Below are positions 40,001 to 48,143 of a DNA stretch of 64,000 bases, piece after piece. The position numbers and the translations under genes are program-made. Source of the DNA: a candidate division WS6 bacterium OLB20 (lineage in GTDB: Bacteria > Patescibacteriota > Dojkabacteria > B142 > OLB20); assembly GCA_001567355.1 (NCBI GenBank), contig JYNZ01000002.1, forward strand, positions 199,477-263,476, read 5' to 3'. Below the pieces are notes generated by a model. The model was not told the origin of the DNA, made no database searches, and saw only the letters and a list, made by a program, of their open reading frames with translations. The first letter of the stretch is position 1. Each line of letters begins with the position of its first letter.

Positions 40001-41373
40001 AAGCATCACAGAAGATCGGTGAAGAAAAAGGCAGTTTCCCGGCATTTGAGGAGTCAGTCTGGAAGCAGCAGGGCAAGACCGCAATGAGGAATACCCGAGT
40101 GACCACCATTGCTCCGACAGGGACTATCTCCATCGTGGCCAATGTGAATCCAGGTATCGAGCCTGTATTTGCCTTGGGGTTCAGACGCAAAAACTCAATG
40201 GGGGGCACGGACCAGGAGGTAATCGATCATCAGTTTGAAACAGTAGCACGGGCACGAGGAATTTACTCAGATGAGCTGATGAAGAAGATCGCCGACGGTG
40301 CTCATCTGACAGCGTTGCAGGAGGAGTTTTCGATCCCCGCTGATGTTGTTGATGTGTTTGTAACAACGCACGAAATCGATCCCGAAAAGCACGTTCAGAT
40401 CCAGGCAGCATTCCAGAAATACGTGGACAGTGCGGTATCAAAGACAATCAATCTTCCCAAAACAGCTTCATGGCAGGACATAGCCCGTGTATATCAACTG
40501 GCGTATGATCTGGGTTGTAAAGGCATCACTGTCTTCAGGGATGGTTCCAAGGATCCTGCGCTGCAGGTCGGTACCGTTGAGAAAAAGACCGAGCCGGCAG
40601 CAGAAGTCAGGATTGAAGCCAAAGCAGGTGCTGCACGCAACTCTCTCAGCCCCAGAAAACGTGATGAAGTTGTGCGCGGACTGACAACAAAGGTCCGGAC
40701 AGAACAGGGTGAACTGTTTGTCACCATCAACGAGGACGATGAAGGCATCGTTGAGGTGTTCCTGACCCTTGGTAAGAGCGGAAGCTACACAGCCGGCTAT
40801 ACAGAGGCTGTGGGACGTCTGGTATCAATGTCACTGCGTTCCGGTATCAAGCCGGAAGCTATCATCGATCAGCTTCTGGGCATCAGAACGTCAGCGCCTA
40901 CAATGAATCGCGGAGGACTGATTGTATACTCGGTACCCGACGCAGTCGCCAAGGTTCTAAAGAAACACCTGGAGGAGAAAAAGAACCAGATCCGTCTGCT
41001 TCCGGAGGATGATGCTCAGACAAGCAAAATCGAGCAGGTGATAGCAGAGGTTACAACAGAGAGCCGCCCGCTTCAGCCCGCAAAGCTTGAAACGCAGGAG
41101 GTAATCGAAGAGGTGATCATTCAGAACAGCAAACCTGTTGCTCAGACAGCACCTAAGCCGCAGCCGCAGGTTACCGTCACAGAAAAGAAACCGGAACCTG
41201 TAAAAAGAGCTGATGAACATCTGCCGGCTATACTGAGCGGTATCGATACCAGCAAATACAGCAAACAGAATACAATGGGTGATCTGCTCGAATGCCCTGA
41301 CTGTGCTGGAGATCTTGAATACGCCGAAGGATGCATTTTATGCCGGAGCTGTGGTTACAGCAAATGCGGATAA
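37021..41373 (+). CDS. nrdJ: class II ribonucleotide reductase with two complete catalytic cores fused in tandem, plus a single C-terminal domain and Cys-rich zinc-ribbon tail (1450 aa)
   Basis: Core A (aa ~1-590): SSCFVLPIEDS, TNPCGEEPLRAYESCNLGS. Core B (aa ~625-1185): SKCLVLPVSDS, TNPCGEQPLIPFETCNLGH. Each ends in GCKGITIYRDGSK or GCKGITVFRDGSK. Only core B continues into the NrdJ C-terminal domain and CPDCAGD...CILCRSCGYSKCG. Confidence 0.85.
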   Translation: MRKRHLLKDDQGELLEEPRDMFWRVARSMALEDAKYVKGAQARKERVVKRTAREFYELLAGNRFLPGSRVLYEAGNEIDGTGQLSSCFVLPIEDSLESIFETMKEAAIVQKNNGGTGFNFSHIRPKGDSVGGTPNVAAGPVHFIRSFSQAFDQVLQGKKRGGGNMAILNVNHPDIIEFINLKGQDNSIRNFNISVGVTDEFMQAVKNDEEYDLINPRNGQAVKRLRAREVFDLICEKAWECADPGLFFLDTTQNANPTKPLGVIEATNPCGEEPLRAYESCNLGSIVLPTHLIKVNGEYQVDWELLRKSVRSATHFLDNMIDLSKFPLKKIEQEVEQTRKLGLGLVGLASMFYMMEIPYNSKEATDLTKEIMAFVQEEATVESENLAKDRGVFPGFKGSKWDDLGREVRNATMTSVAPTGTLSLVADTSSGIEPVFALVYKRSSFYQDEGQEERKQLLYVDRHFEAYAREHGFYSEDLMEKIAENRGSLHGLAEVPSDAQNIFVTTHDIEPDWHVKMQAAAQDSVDAAVSKTINLPNEATVDDVRTAYVQAWELGCKGITIYRDGSKQFQVLENVSKKEKVEQEEAKLDLTFNVSAKTHEEEHILTENAMTVLEKRALAKDDSGAIAETPDQLWRRIARKVASAEQQSLQDTYEEAFYQLMHNGEFYSGGTLLWAGMGEETILSKCLVLPVSDSIDSIFQTLNWNIQCLRRGVGTGFNFSTIRSSYAQVKTTGEFAAGPVEYLRMYNRAQDTIRGRGGRGLGSMAILNADHPNIEEFIESKDDLTAISHYNISVGVSDAFMKAVKNDEDWDLTDPSDGKVYKTVKARALFENIARHAWKSGDPGLFFVDVAERANTTPALGRMDATNPCGEQPLIPFETCNLGHINLARMIQGFPYAADETVRDWSFERKMELIDWDRLKDVTYLAVRFLDNIIDVNNYPIREIEEMTRKTRNVGVGVMGYTDMLIKLGISYGSAESVRIAEEVMSFIQDTAHEASQKIGEEKGSFPAFEESVWKQQGKTAMRNTRVTTIAPTGTISIVANVNPGIEPVFALGFRRKNSMGGTDQEVIDHQFETVARARGIYSDELMKKIADGAHLTALQEEFSIPADVVDVFVTTHEIDPEKHVQIQAAFQKYVDSAVSKTINLPKTASWQDIARVYQLAYDLGCKGITVFRDGSKDPALQVGTVEKKTEPAAEVRIEAKAGAARNSLSPRKRDEVVRGLTTKVRTEQGELFVTINEDDEGIVEVFLTLGKSGSYTAGYTEAVGRLVSMSLRSGIKPEAIIDQLLGIRTSAPTMNRGGLIVYSVPDAVAKVLKKHLEEKKNQIRLLPEDDAQTSKIEQVIAEVTTESRPLQPAKLETQEVIEEVIIQNSKPVAQTAPKPQPQVTVTEKKPEPVKRADEHLPAILSGIDTSKYSKQNTMGDLLECPDCAGDLEYAEGCILCRSCGYSKCG

Positions 41374-41393
41374 GTGCTATTATTTGTTAGAAC

Positions 41394-41600
41394 TTGCACA
41401 TGAACACTGCCGATATGTACAACCTGCCTAACCTTAACGTCTACAAATCACGTAACGGTCATTACCGGTGCAGTATTTTAAGTATGCGCGTTACTGGTTT
41501 TGGATATCAGGCAACAAACTTTCAGTTTCAGCAGGAGCTGAAGGCATCAACAAAGCAGGAAGCCCGCAAGCAGTTTATCCGGCTTCTGCGAGAAAACTAA
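41394..41600 (+). CDS. small hypothetical protein (68 aa)
   Basis: ORF ends 1 nt before the pyrD start. No family recognised. Confidence 0.25.
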   Translation: MHMNTADMYNLPNLNVYKSRNGHYRCSILSMRVTGFGYQATNFQFQQELKASTKQEARKQFIRLLREN

Positions 41601-41601
41601 T

Positions 41602-42708
41602 ATGCACCTTCTCGGTCCGCTCTATCGAAACGGGATCAAACCATTACTATTCAGGTTTGATCCCGAATCAGTTCATGACAGAATGCTGACAGCTGGCAGG
41701 CTGCTTGGTGCGATACCGCCTGCACGGTTTCTGACAAGGCTGGCTCTTCGCTTTGATCATCCGGTTCTTTCTCAGACAGTATCAGGAGTATTATTCCCCA
41801 ATCCGGTCGGTCTGTCTGCGGGTTTTGATAAAAATGCAGAACTGACACGGATTCTGCCTGCTGTAGGTTTTGGTTACTCCGAACTTGGCTCAGTAACATG
41901 GAAGCCATATCAGGGTAACCCCAGACCACGCCTCACAAGGCTTCCGAAGTCAAAAGCGATTGTCGTCTACTACGGACTGAAAAATATCGGTGTCGAACGC
42001 ATTCTTCCCAGGATTCCTGACAGAGGCAGCCGTCATCCGTTTAGCATCAGTATTGCCAAGACAAACAGTGAAGCCACAGCCAGGACAGAAGATGGCATAG
42101 AAGATTATTATCAGTGCATGAAAACAGTACTGGCATCAAACAAGGGAGATATTCTGACGATTAATATCTCATGTCCAAACACTTTTGGCGGCGAACCGTT
42201 TACGACTCCTGAGCGTCTTGACGCCCTGCTCAGCAGACTTGACACACTGCACTCTGATCGCCCGGTCTGGATAAAGATGCCTATCAACCAGACCTGGGAT
42301 GAATTTAGAGATCTGCTTGTCACAGCTTCGGATCACAAAGTGGACGGTGTGGTTATCGGTAATCTGACCAAAGCGAGAGACCCGGGTCTGATTCTTGATG
42401 ATCTGTCTGATGATGTTAAAGGCGGCATCTCGGGTGTGCCGACAAGGGAACTCAGCAACAACCTGATCAGCAGAACATTTCAGGAGTTCGGACAGCGGTT
42501 CACAATCATCGGGGTCGGCGGAATATTCTCTGCAGAGGACGCATACGAGAAGATACGTCTTGGGGCAACTCTTTTGCAGATGATTACAGGGATGATTTAC
42601 GAGGGACCGCAAATAATCGGAGAGATTAACAAAGGACTGGCAGAACTTCTGAGACAGGACGGATATGCATCAATTACTGAAGCAGTGGGAAGTGCTCACA
42701 CTTCGTGA
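41602..42708 (+). CDS. pyrD: dihydroorotate dehydrogenase (class 2-like)
   Basis: N-terminal extension, then the DHODH barrel (NPVGLSAGFDKNAE, GFGYSELGSVT, IIGVGGI). Confidence 0.8.
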   Translation: MHLLGPLYRNGIKPLLFRFDPESVHDRMLTAGRLLGAIPPARFLTRLALRFDHPVLSQTVSGVLFPNPVGLSAGFDKNAELTRILPAVGFGYSELGSVTWKPYQGNPRPRLTRLPKSKAIVVYYGLKNIGVERILPRIPDRGSRHPFSISIAKTNSEATARTEDGIEDYYQCMKTVLASNKGDILTINISCPNTFGGEPFTTPERLDALLSRLDTLHSDRPVWIKMPINQTWDEFRDLLVTASDHKVDGVVIGNLTKARDPGLILDDLSDDVKGGISGVPTRELSNNLISRTFQEFGQRFTIIGVGGIFSAEDAYEKIRLGATLLQMITGMIYEGPQIIGEINKGLAELLRQDGYASITEAVGSAHTS

Positions 42709-43307
42709 TACCTGCTGGCTATGTTTTCACGTCCGTAGCGCATAGTTCGCGCCATCCAGATAAGTTCAGTAACAGCTCGCTCGGTGCGTTCAACAAACGC
42801 CACATCAAGCAGATTACCATCGTCATCAAACAGATCCTGGACTTTAGGAAAATGCACGTCTGTGAAACATGCTGTCATTCCCATCTCGCGGACTGACGAG
42901 ACGAGGGACTCAATTGCACGCACACCACCCCAGGGACCAGCTGAGACACCGGCAAATGCAACAGGTTTGTGAATGTAATTCTTCAGCTCGGAATCAAGCA
43001 GACGCTTGAGGGATCCGGGAATACCGTGGTTGTATTCGGGTGTGACAATGAAGAAGCCATCCGCTTCTGCTGTCATGTTTGAGTATCGGGGATCCTTCTG
43101 CCCGTCAGAATTACCGTCAAGCGGTGTCTCCATCTCGCGCGGATCAGCATAGGAAAGCTCTATCTCGTCATGCTCTTCGAGCATTGAACGAACAAAGCGG
43201 GTAACCATCTCCGTCCTGTTTCCGGGACGTGAAGTGCCATGGATAAGAACAATTTTCAGTTTTCTTGCGTCGTTCATACTACATACTACCACAGGATATG
43301 GATGCAA
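42696..43307 (-). CDS. NAD(P)H-dependent FMN reductase (flavodoxin-like fold)
   Basis: KLKIVLIHGTSRPGNRT N-terminal motif. 203 aa. Confidence 0.7.
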   Translation of the reverse strand: MHPYPVVVCSMNDARKLKIVLIHGTSRPGNRTEMVTRFVRSMLEEHDEIELSYADPREMETPLDGNSDGQKDPRYSNMTAEADGFFIVTPEYNHGIPGSLKRLLDSELKNYIHKPVAFAGVSAGPWGGVRAIESLVSSVREMGMTACFTDVHFPKVQDLFDDDGNLLDVAFVERTERAVTELIWMARTMRYGRENIASRYHEV

Positions 43308-43333
43308 CCGTTCGCACGTGTTAGATTAGGATC

Positions 43334-45037
43334 ATGAATACATCAGTCGCAGTACTTGGAGGGGGAGTCGGCGGACTTAGTGTCGCACACGAACTCGTAA
43401 AAAGCGGTTTTTCGGTGACCGTATATGACAAAAACAGCATCTGGGGCGGCAAAGCCCGGAGCATGCCTGTTCCAGCGAGCGGTACAGATGGTCGAGCTGA
43501 TCTTCCGGGTGAACATGGTTACCGGTTTTTTCCGGGTTTTTACCGGCATATTGATGAGACAATGGCCGAAATCCCTTACAAGGCGGGGTCTGTTCTTGAT
43601 AACCTCGTGCACACAAAGGTTAATCTGATGACACGGACTGTGGGTGGAGAACAGGTGGTTGTCTCACGATTCCCCCGCTCACTGCGTGAACTTGAGAACT
43701 TCCTTGATTTTATGATCCTTGATTCTTTTGATGTGCCGCAAGCTGATGCGCAATTCTTTTCACAACGGATCTGGCAGCTGATGACAAGTTGCAAGGAACG
43801 CCGTGACACGGAATACGAACAGCGCAGTGCCTGGGAGATGCTAGATGCCGAAAACAGGTCAGAAAACTACAGAACTATGTTCATTGAACAGGTCCGGGCG
43901 CTGGTGGCAGCCGATCCGCGAAAGATCAGCGCTAAAACTGCAGGCAACATATTTCTTAAACTGATGAGTGACATCATCAATCCGGGCTCGCATGGCAATG
44001 ACAGACTGCTCAACGGCCCCACAAACGATGTCTGGATCGATCCCTGGGTCGACTATCTGACAGACAAGGGTGTCACATTTATCAGCGGTGTAACAGTCCA
44101 GTCGCTTGAGACCGACTCAGGGCGGATTACCGGTGTAGTTGCACACGACAATGAAACCAGCCGGGACCTCATCATCAATGCGGATTATTATGTCCTTGCT
44201 GTCCCTGTTGAGAGGGCGGCTGAGATAATCCGCAGTTCTGCAGGTCTGCTTGATACAGCCCAGTCACTCCGGGGCATTGGAAAACTTGCTGACGAAGTAG
44301 AATGGATGAACGGTCTGCAGCTGTATCTGAATAAAGACATTGACCATTACAGCGGCCATGTAATGATCATGGACAGTCCGTGGTCACTGACGTTCATCTC
44401 CCAGCTTCCGTTCTGGAAGGATTTCGATATCAGCCGTTATGGTGACGGATCAATTAAGACACTGCTGTCTGTAGATATTTCCGACTGGCATCGTGATGGT
44501 CTGTTTGTAAACAAACCAGCCGAACACTGTACGCCGGAGGAGATCAAAGATGAGGTCTGGGGTCAGCTCAAAGCAACTATAGGTGCACATGGTATTGAGC
44601 TGCATGATAATGATCTGGTTACCTGGTTTCTGGATCCTGCAGTGTCTGCCGACACAGCAGTACAAAGTCATACGCACAACACTAACGCAGAGCCGCTTCT
44701 GATAAACACTGCGGGCAGCTGGAAGCTGCGTCCGGAGGCAGGCACCGAAATAACAAACCTGATGCTTGCAGCAGATTACATCCGTACTGATACTGATCTG
44801 GCAACCATGGAAGCGGCAAACGAAGCAGCCAGGCGAGCCGCCAATGCCATTTGCAGAGGAGAACAGCTGCCTGAGCATTCTGTAATTCATGAGTGGAAGG
44901 ATCCCGCATGGCTGCATGTGTTTCATATATATGACCGCAGCCGCTTCAGGCGCGGATTAGCCTGGAAGGGCTATAACCCGGTCCGGATTAAACTGGCAGG
45001 AATGCTTAGAAGTCTCCTGCGCAGGCTCTGGCGCTGA
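43334..45037 (+). CDS. FAD-dependent oxidoreductase (amine oxidase/phytoene desaturase-like)
   Basis: Dinucleotide-binding motif VAVLGGGVGGLSVAHEL...VYDKNSIWGGKARS. 567 aa. Confidence 0.6.
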   Translation: MNTSVAVLGGGVGGLSVAHELVKSGFSVTVYDKNSIWGGKARSMPVPASGTDGRADLPGEHGYRFFPGFYRHIDETMAEIPYKAGSVLDNLVHTKVNLMTRTVGGEQVVVSRFPRSLRELENFLDFMILDSFDVPQADAQFFSQRIWQLMTSCKERRDTEYEQRSAWEMLDAENRSENYRTMFIEQVRALVAADPRKISAKTAGNIFLKLMSDIINPGSHGNDRLLNGPTNDVWIDPWVDYLTDKGVTFISGVTVQSLETDSGRITGVVAHDNETSRDLIINADYYVLAVPVERAAEIIRSSAGLLDTAQSLRGIGKLADEVEWMNGLQLYLNKDIDHYSGHVMIMDSPWSLTFISQLPFWKDFDISRYGDGSIKTLLSVDISDWHRDGLFVNKPAEHCTPEEIKDEVWGQLKATIGAHGIELHDNDLVTWFLDPAVSADTAVQSHTHNTNAEPLLINTAGSWKLRPEAGTEITNLMLAADYIRTDTDLATMEAANEAARRAANAICRGEQLPEHSVIHEWKDPAWLHVFHIYDRSRFRRGLAWKGYNPVRIKLAGMLRSLLRRLWR

Positions 45038-45543
45038 TGTATAATCAAACCATGTTTCAGGCAGAACTGTTAAATTCCAAAACGGTCGGATCGATTGACC
45101 GCAGCAGACCGCTGATGCTGATAACCGGTTCATTTGATCTGCTTCATGCAGGGCACATGCGGATGTTTGTCCGTGCGCGTGAAGAGGTTGACGAACAGGT
45201 AACGCTGCTTGTTGTTGTACTTGATGATGCCAATATCCGTGAACGGAAAGGGCCTGACAGACCACTGCAGGATCTTGAGGAACGTATTTTTGCACTTCGT
45301 GCGCTGCGCAGCATTGATTATGTAATGCCCTGGCACAGCCACTGGTCAGGATTGCGTACCTTTGTATCAGGTCTCAAGCCTGACTACCTTGTCGGTGTTG
45401 AAGGTGACAGCGGGCTGGAGAACAAAAGCCGTCTGATAGCCGATGCAGGAGGCACATTTATTCTGCTCAAGCGTGACCCCCGGTTTTCTACAACCGCATT
45501 GCTTGAGAAAATCAGAAACACAAGCTCAGATGAGGAGCTATAA
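45037..45543 (+). CDS. cytidylyl/adenylyltransferase-like nucleotidyltransferase (RfaE domain II/TagD-like)
   Basis: HxGH motif in ITGSFDLLHAGHMRMF. 168 aa. Confidence 0.6.
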   Translation: MYNQTMFQAELLNSKTVGSIDRSRPLMLITGSFDLLHAGHMRMFVRAREEVDEQVTLLVVVLDDANIRERKGPDRPLQDLEERIFALRALRSIDYVMPWHSHWSGLRTFVSGLKPDYLVGVEGDSGLENKSRLIADAGGTFILLKRDPRFSTTALLEKIRNTSSDEEL

Positions 45544-46300
45544 AGATACAGGCTATATCATCAAAGTCAGACAGCTGCGCGAGGCGGATAAACTTGTTGT
45601 GCTCTTCACTAAAGACAAAGGCCGGATCGAGACTGTTGCAAAGGGTGCGTCGCGCCTGCTCAGCCGCAAAAGCTCAAGTATTGACCTGTTAAACCGTGTT
45701 ACGGTCAATCTCTATCAGGGCAAGCAGCTTGATGTTATCACCGAGATTGCCCTTGAGGACGATTATGCTTCCGTCAAGCAGGATCTTGCCGGGATCTCAC
45801 AGGTGTTTTATATTCTTGAGCTGCTTGATGTCTTTACCCGCTACCTGCCCGAACATGATACGCTCTTCGCCATGCTTGAGGATTTTCTGCAGCTGTTTAC
45901 CGATAAATCAACACGGATAACGCTGTTGCGCAGTTTTGAACTCAAGCTTCTGGACATCTTTGGTTTCGGTCCCGACCTCTACCACTGTCTTCATTCTGGC
46001 AGTGACCTGAAGCCCGGCGAGCGCAGAGTATCGGCTAGCAGCGGGCAGGCCGGCTACCTGCGCCTGGAGGCGCTGCCCAACAAGCCACGTTCTCCCGTAT
46101 TGATCGGGGATGATATCGTTAAGGTGCAGCGGTATCTGTTACATGAAGATCTGGGTTCGGCACGACACCTTGCCATTACGCAAAATCAGCAAAATACGTT
46201 ACAATCAGTGCAACGTAACTGGATGCAAGGCATCCTGGAACGTTCACTCAAATCCATGAACTTTATTGACGAAATCAATGCCAGACACGCTCAGGCCTGA
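45530..46300 (+). CDS. recO: DNA repair protein RecO
   Basis: N-terminal OB fold (GYIIKVRQLREADKLVVLFTKDKGRIETVAKGA). Internal start at 45530 is preferred over the 45443 start, which overlaps the upstream gene. Confidence 0.65.
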   Translation: MRSYKDTGYIIKVRQLREADKLVVLFTKDKGRIETVAKGASRLLSRKSSSIDLLNRVTVNLYQGKQLDVITEIALEDDYASVKQDLAGISQVFYILELLDVFTRYLPEHDTLFAMLEDFLQLFTDKSTRITLLRSFELKLLDIFGFGPDLYHCLHSGSDLKPGERRVSASSGQAGYLRLEALPNKPRSPVLIGDDIVKVQRYLLHEDLGSARHLAITQNQQNTLQSVQRNWMQGILERSLKSMNFIDEINARHAQA

Positions 46301-46970
46301 TATCAACATTGCTCTTACCGGCTGGCCCGGTGTAGGCACATCAACCTTGACACTGCTGCTCGCACTTATACTCGATATGCGCTATGTCTATATCGGGTCG
46401 GTCTTCAGAACTATCAACGAAAAGCTCAAGGTGGAGGGTGAACATTCGCTCAGCTCGGAGTTTGAACAGATGATTCAGCCGCTGATCGGTAAAACCATTG
46501 ATACATATGTGGATCACATTCTGCTTAACAAGTCGGGGATCATTCTTGAGTCTGATCTGTCTGCATTCCGGATCGGTAAACACCCCAAGGTATACTCAAT
46601 ATTCATCAGAGCCGGCATGGAGGCCAGAAAAAAACGTGAAGCGAAAGACGGCAGGGTGGGAGTTGATGCACCACTTGAGGAACGGGACGCCGCGCTTCGT
46701 GAGGAATATATTAAACTCTGGGATACGGACATTTTTGACGACGAGCTGATAGCACGCAAATACAACGTTATCATCGATAACAGCTCACTTACAGTTGAAG
46801 AAGAGATCACAGCAATACTTGACCGTGTTGCCAGACTGCCGCAGATGAAGGGGACAACCCGTGAGCAGCTGCACAAGCGTGCGCAGGCTGTGCTTAAAAG
46901 ACATGCTGCATTTGATAAAGAGTCAATGCGCAAGGATCTTCTGAAAAAAAAAGCTGATGTCGAGTTCTGA
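46266..46970 (+). CDS. cytidylate kinase-like P-loop NTPase
   Basis: Walker A IALTGWPGVGTSTL. Downstream YIGSVFR resembles the cytidylate kinase NMP-binding region. Confidence 0.5.
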   Translation: MTKSMPDTLRPDINIALTGWPGVGTSTLTLLLALILDMRYVYIGSVFRTINEKLKVEGEHSLSSEFEQMIQPLIGKTIDTYVDHILLNKSGIILESDLSAFRIGKHPKVYSIFIRAGMEARKKREAKDGRVGVDAPLEERDAALREEYIKLWDTDIFDDELIARKYNVIIDNSSLTVEEEITAILDRVARLPQMKGTTREQLHKRAQAVLKRHAAFDKESMRKDLLKKKADVEF

Positions 46971-47091
46971 AGAAATCATGCGCGAGATCACGCAGCTGTT
47001 CCCTGAAGACGTACAGACATTCCCTGCAGAGGTGCAAAAAGTGTTTCTGGGGCAGCTGTAATGCTATACTTCCCTAAATCAGGAGTAAACA

Positions 47092-47931
47092 ATGAACTAT
47101 ACGATAACGCTTCTCGCCGAGAACACTACGTACCGTCATAATGTTCTTGCACAACATGGTCAGTCTATTCTGATAGAAAGTGATACTCAAAGGCTTCTGT
47201 TTGATGTAGGAGAAGTACCAGGAGCGGTGACACATAACCTCACACAGCTTGGTCTTCAGATCAGTGATATCGCTGTTATCGCCATCTCACACAGGCATAT
47301 CGACCATATCGGTGCTCTTGTTGAAATGCTTGAGGATATGGGTGATCAGCGACTGCTACTGCCTATGCAGCTTGGAGAGCCGGACAACAAACCGGCAAAG
47401 GAGAGTTACAGTTTTCTTACACCCAATCCTGATGGTGGTTATGATGTGGGTATAAGCCGGGAGCATGCAGAGAGGATTACAGCATACAGGCATTCAGAAA
47501 CAGTAACTGGTGGGTTTGAAGTCATACCCGGGATCTTCACCACAGGCTGTATCGGAGATCAGATGAAGGAACAGGCAATGGTTATCGATCAGAAAGAGAC
47601 CGGCATTACAGTTATCACAGGCTGCTCACACCCTGGTGTTCACGAACTGATAACGGAGGCAGTCAATGTTACGGGCAACTCCAGAATACGGGGGGTGATT
47701 GGCGGATTTCACTTTACTGATATGACGGATGACGAGATCCGTGAACATGCAATCAGGTTTCAGGACTACGGGCTCGAGTTTCTGGTTCCAGGCCACTGCA
47801 CTACAGTCCGCGGTGCGCAGATCCTGCAGAACGTGCTAGGTGAACTTGTTAAGCTCTCCAAGACAGCCACATTCGGCACAGGTAACTCGCTCAGCCTAAC
47901 CAAAGACAGCATCAAGTGGAACTTTGTCTGA
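47092..47931 (+). CDS. metallo-beta-lactamase fold hydrolase
   Basis: HxHxDH motif (ISHRHIDHIG). Downstream His/Asp ligands. Confidence 0.7.
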   Translation: MNYTITLLAENTTYRHNVLAQHGQSILIESDTQRLLFDVGEVPGAVTHNLTQLGLQISDIAVIAISHRHIDHIGALVEMLEDMGDQRLLLPMQLGEPDNKPAKESYSFLTPNPDGGYDVGISREHAERITAYRHSETVTGGFEVIPGIFTTGCIGDQMKEQAMVIDQKETGITVITGCSHPGVHELITEAVNVTGNSRIRGVIGGFHFTDMTDDEIREHAIRFQDYGLEFLVPGHCTTVRGAQILQNVLGELVKLSKTATFGTGNSLSLTKDSIKWNFV

Positions 47932-47934
47932 CAG

Positions 47935-48130
47935 AGAGTGATTGAAAATAGCCCCAGGACATGCTACCATCTGCCTAAGAGAGTCAGATACCAGGTGAAA
48001 TTCTGACAGCTGTTGGCATACAATCACATAGATAGTTTAAGGAGTCCCAGTTTTTGGGAAATCCGGGTGGAACCGCTCTTGAAGAGTCCCGTTAGTAACC
48101 AGTCATGGTTGCTGACGGGACTTTTTTTGT
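47935..48130 (+). promoter_or_regulatory. T-box riboswitch leader (glycine specifier GGC candidate) with intrinsic terminator
   Basis: T-box sequence UCCGGGUGGAACCGC at 48062-48076. Terminator hairpin GTCCCGT...ACGGGAC plus T7 at 48086-48128. GGCA in the candidate specifier loop (~48038). Directly upstream of glyQS. Confidence 0.6.
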
Positions 48131-48143
48131 TACATTAAACAGA

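Noticed and set aside
33785-41373. An intein or homing endonuclease as the explanation for the oversized nrdJ
   Set aside because: No intein splice motifs (Cys/Ser…HN, DOD or HNH blocks) are present. The extra length is fully accounted for by a second complete RNR core.
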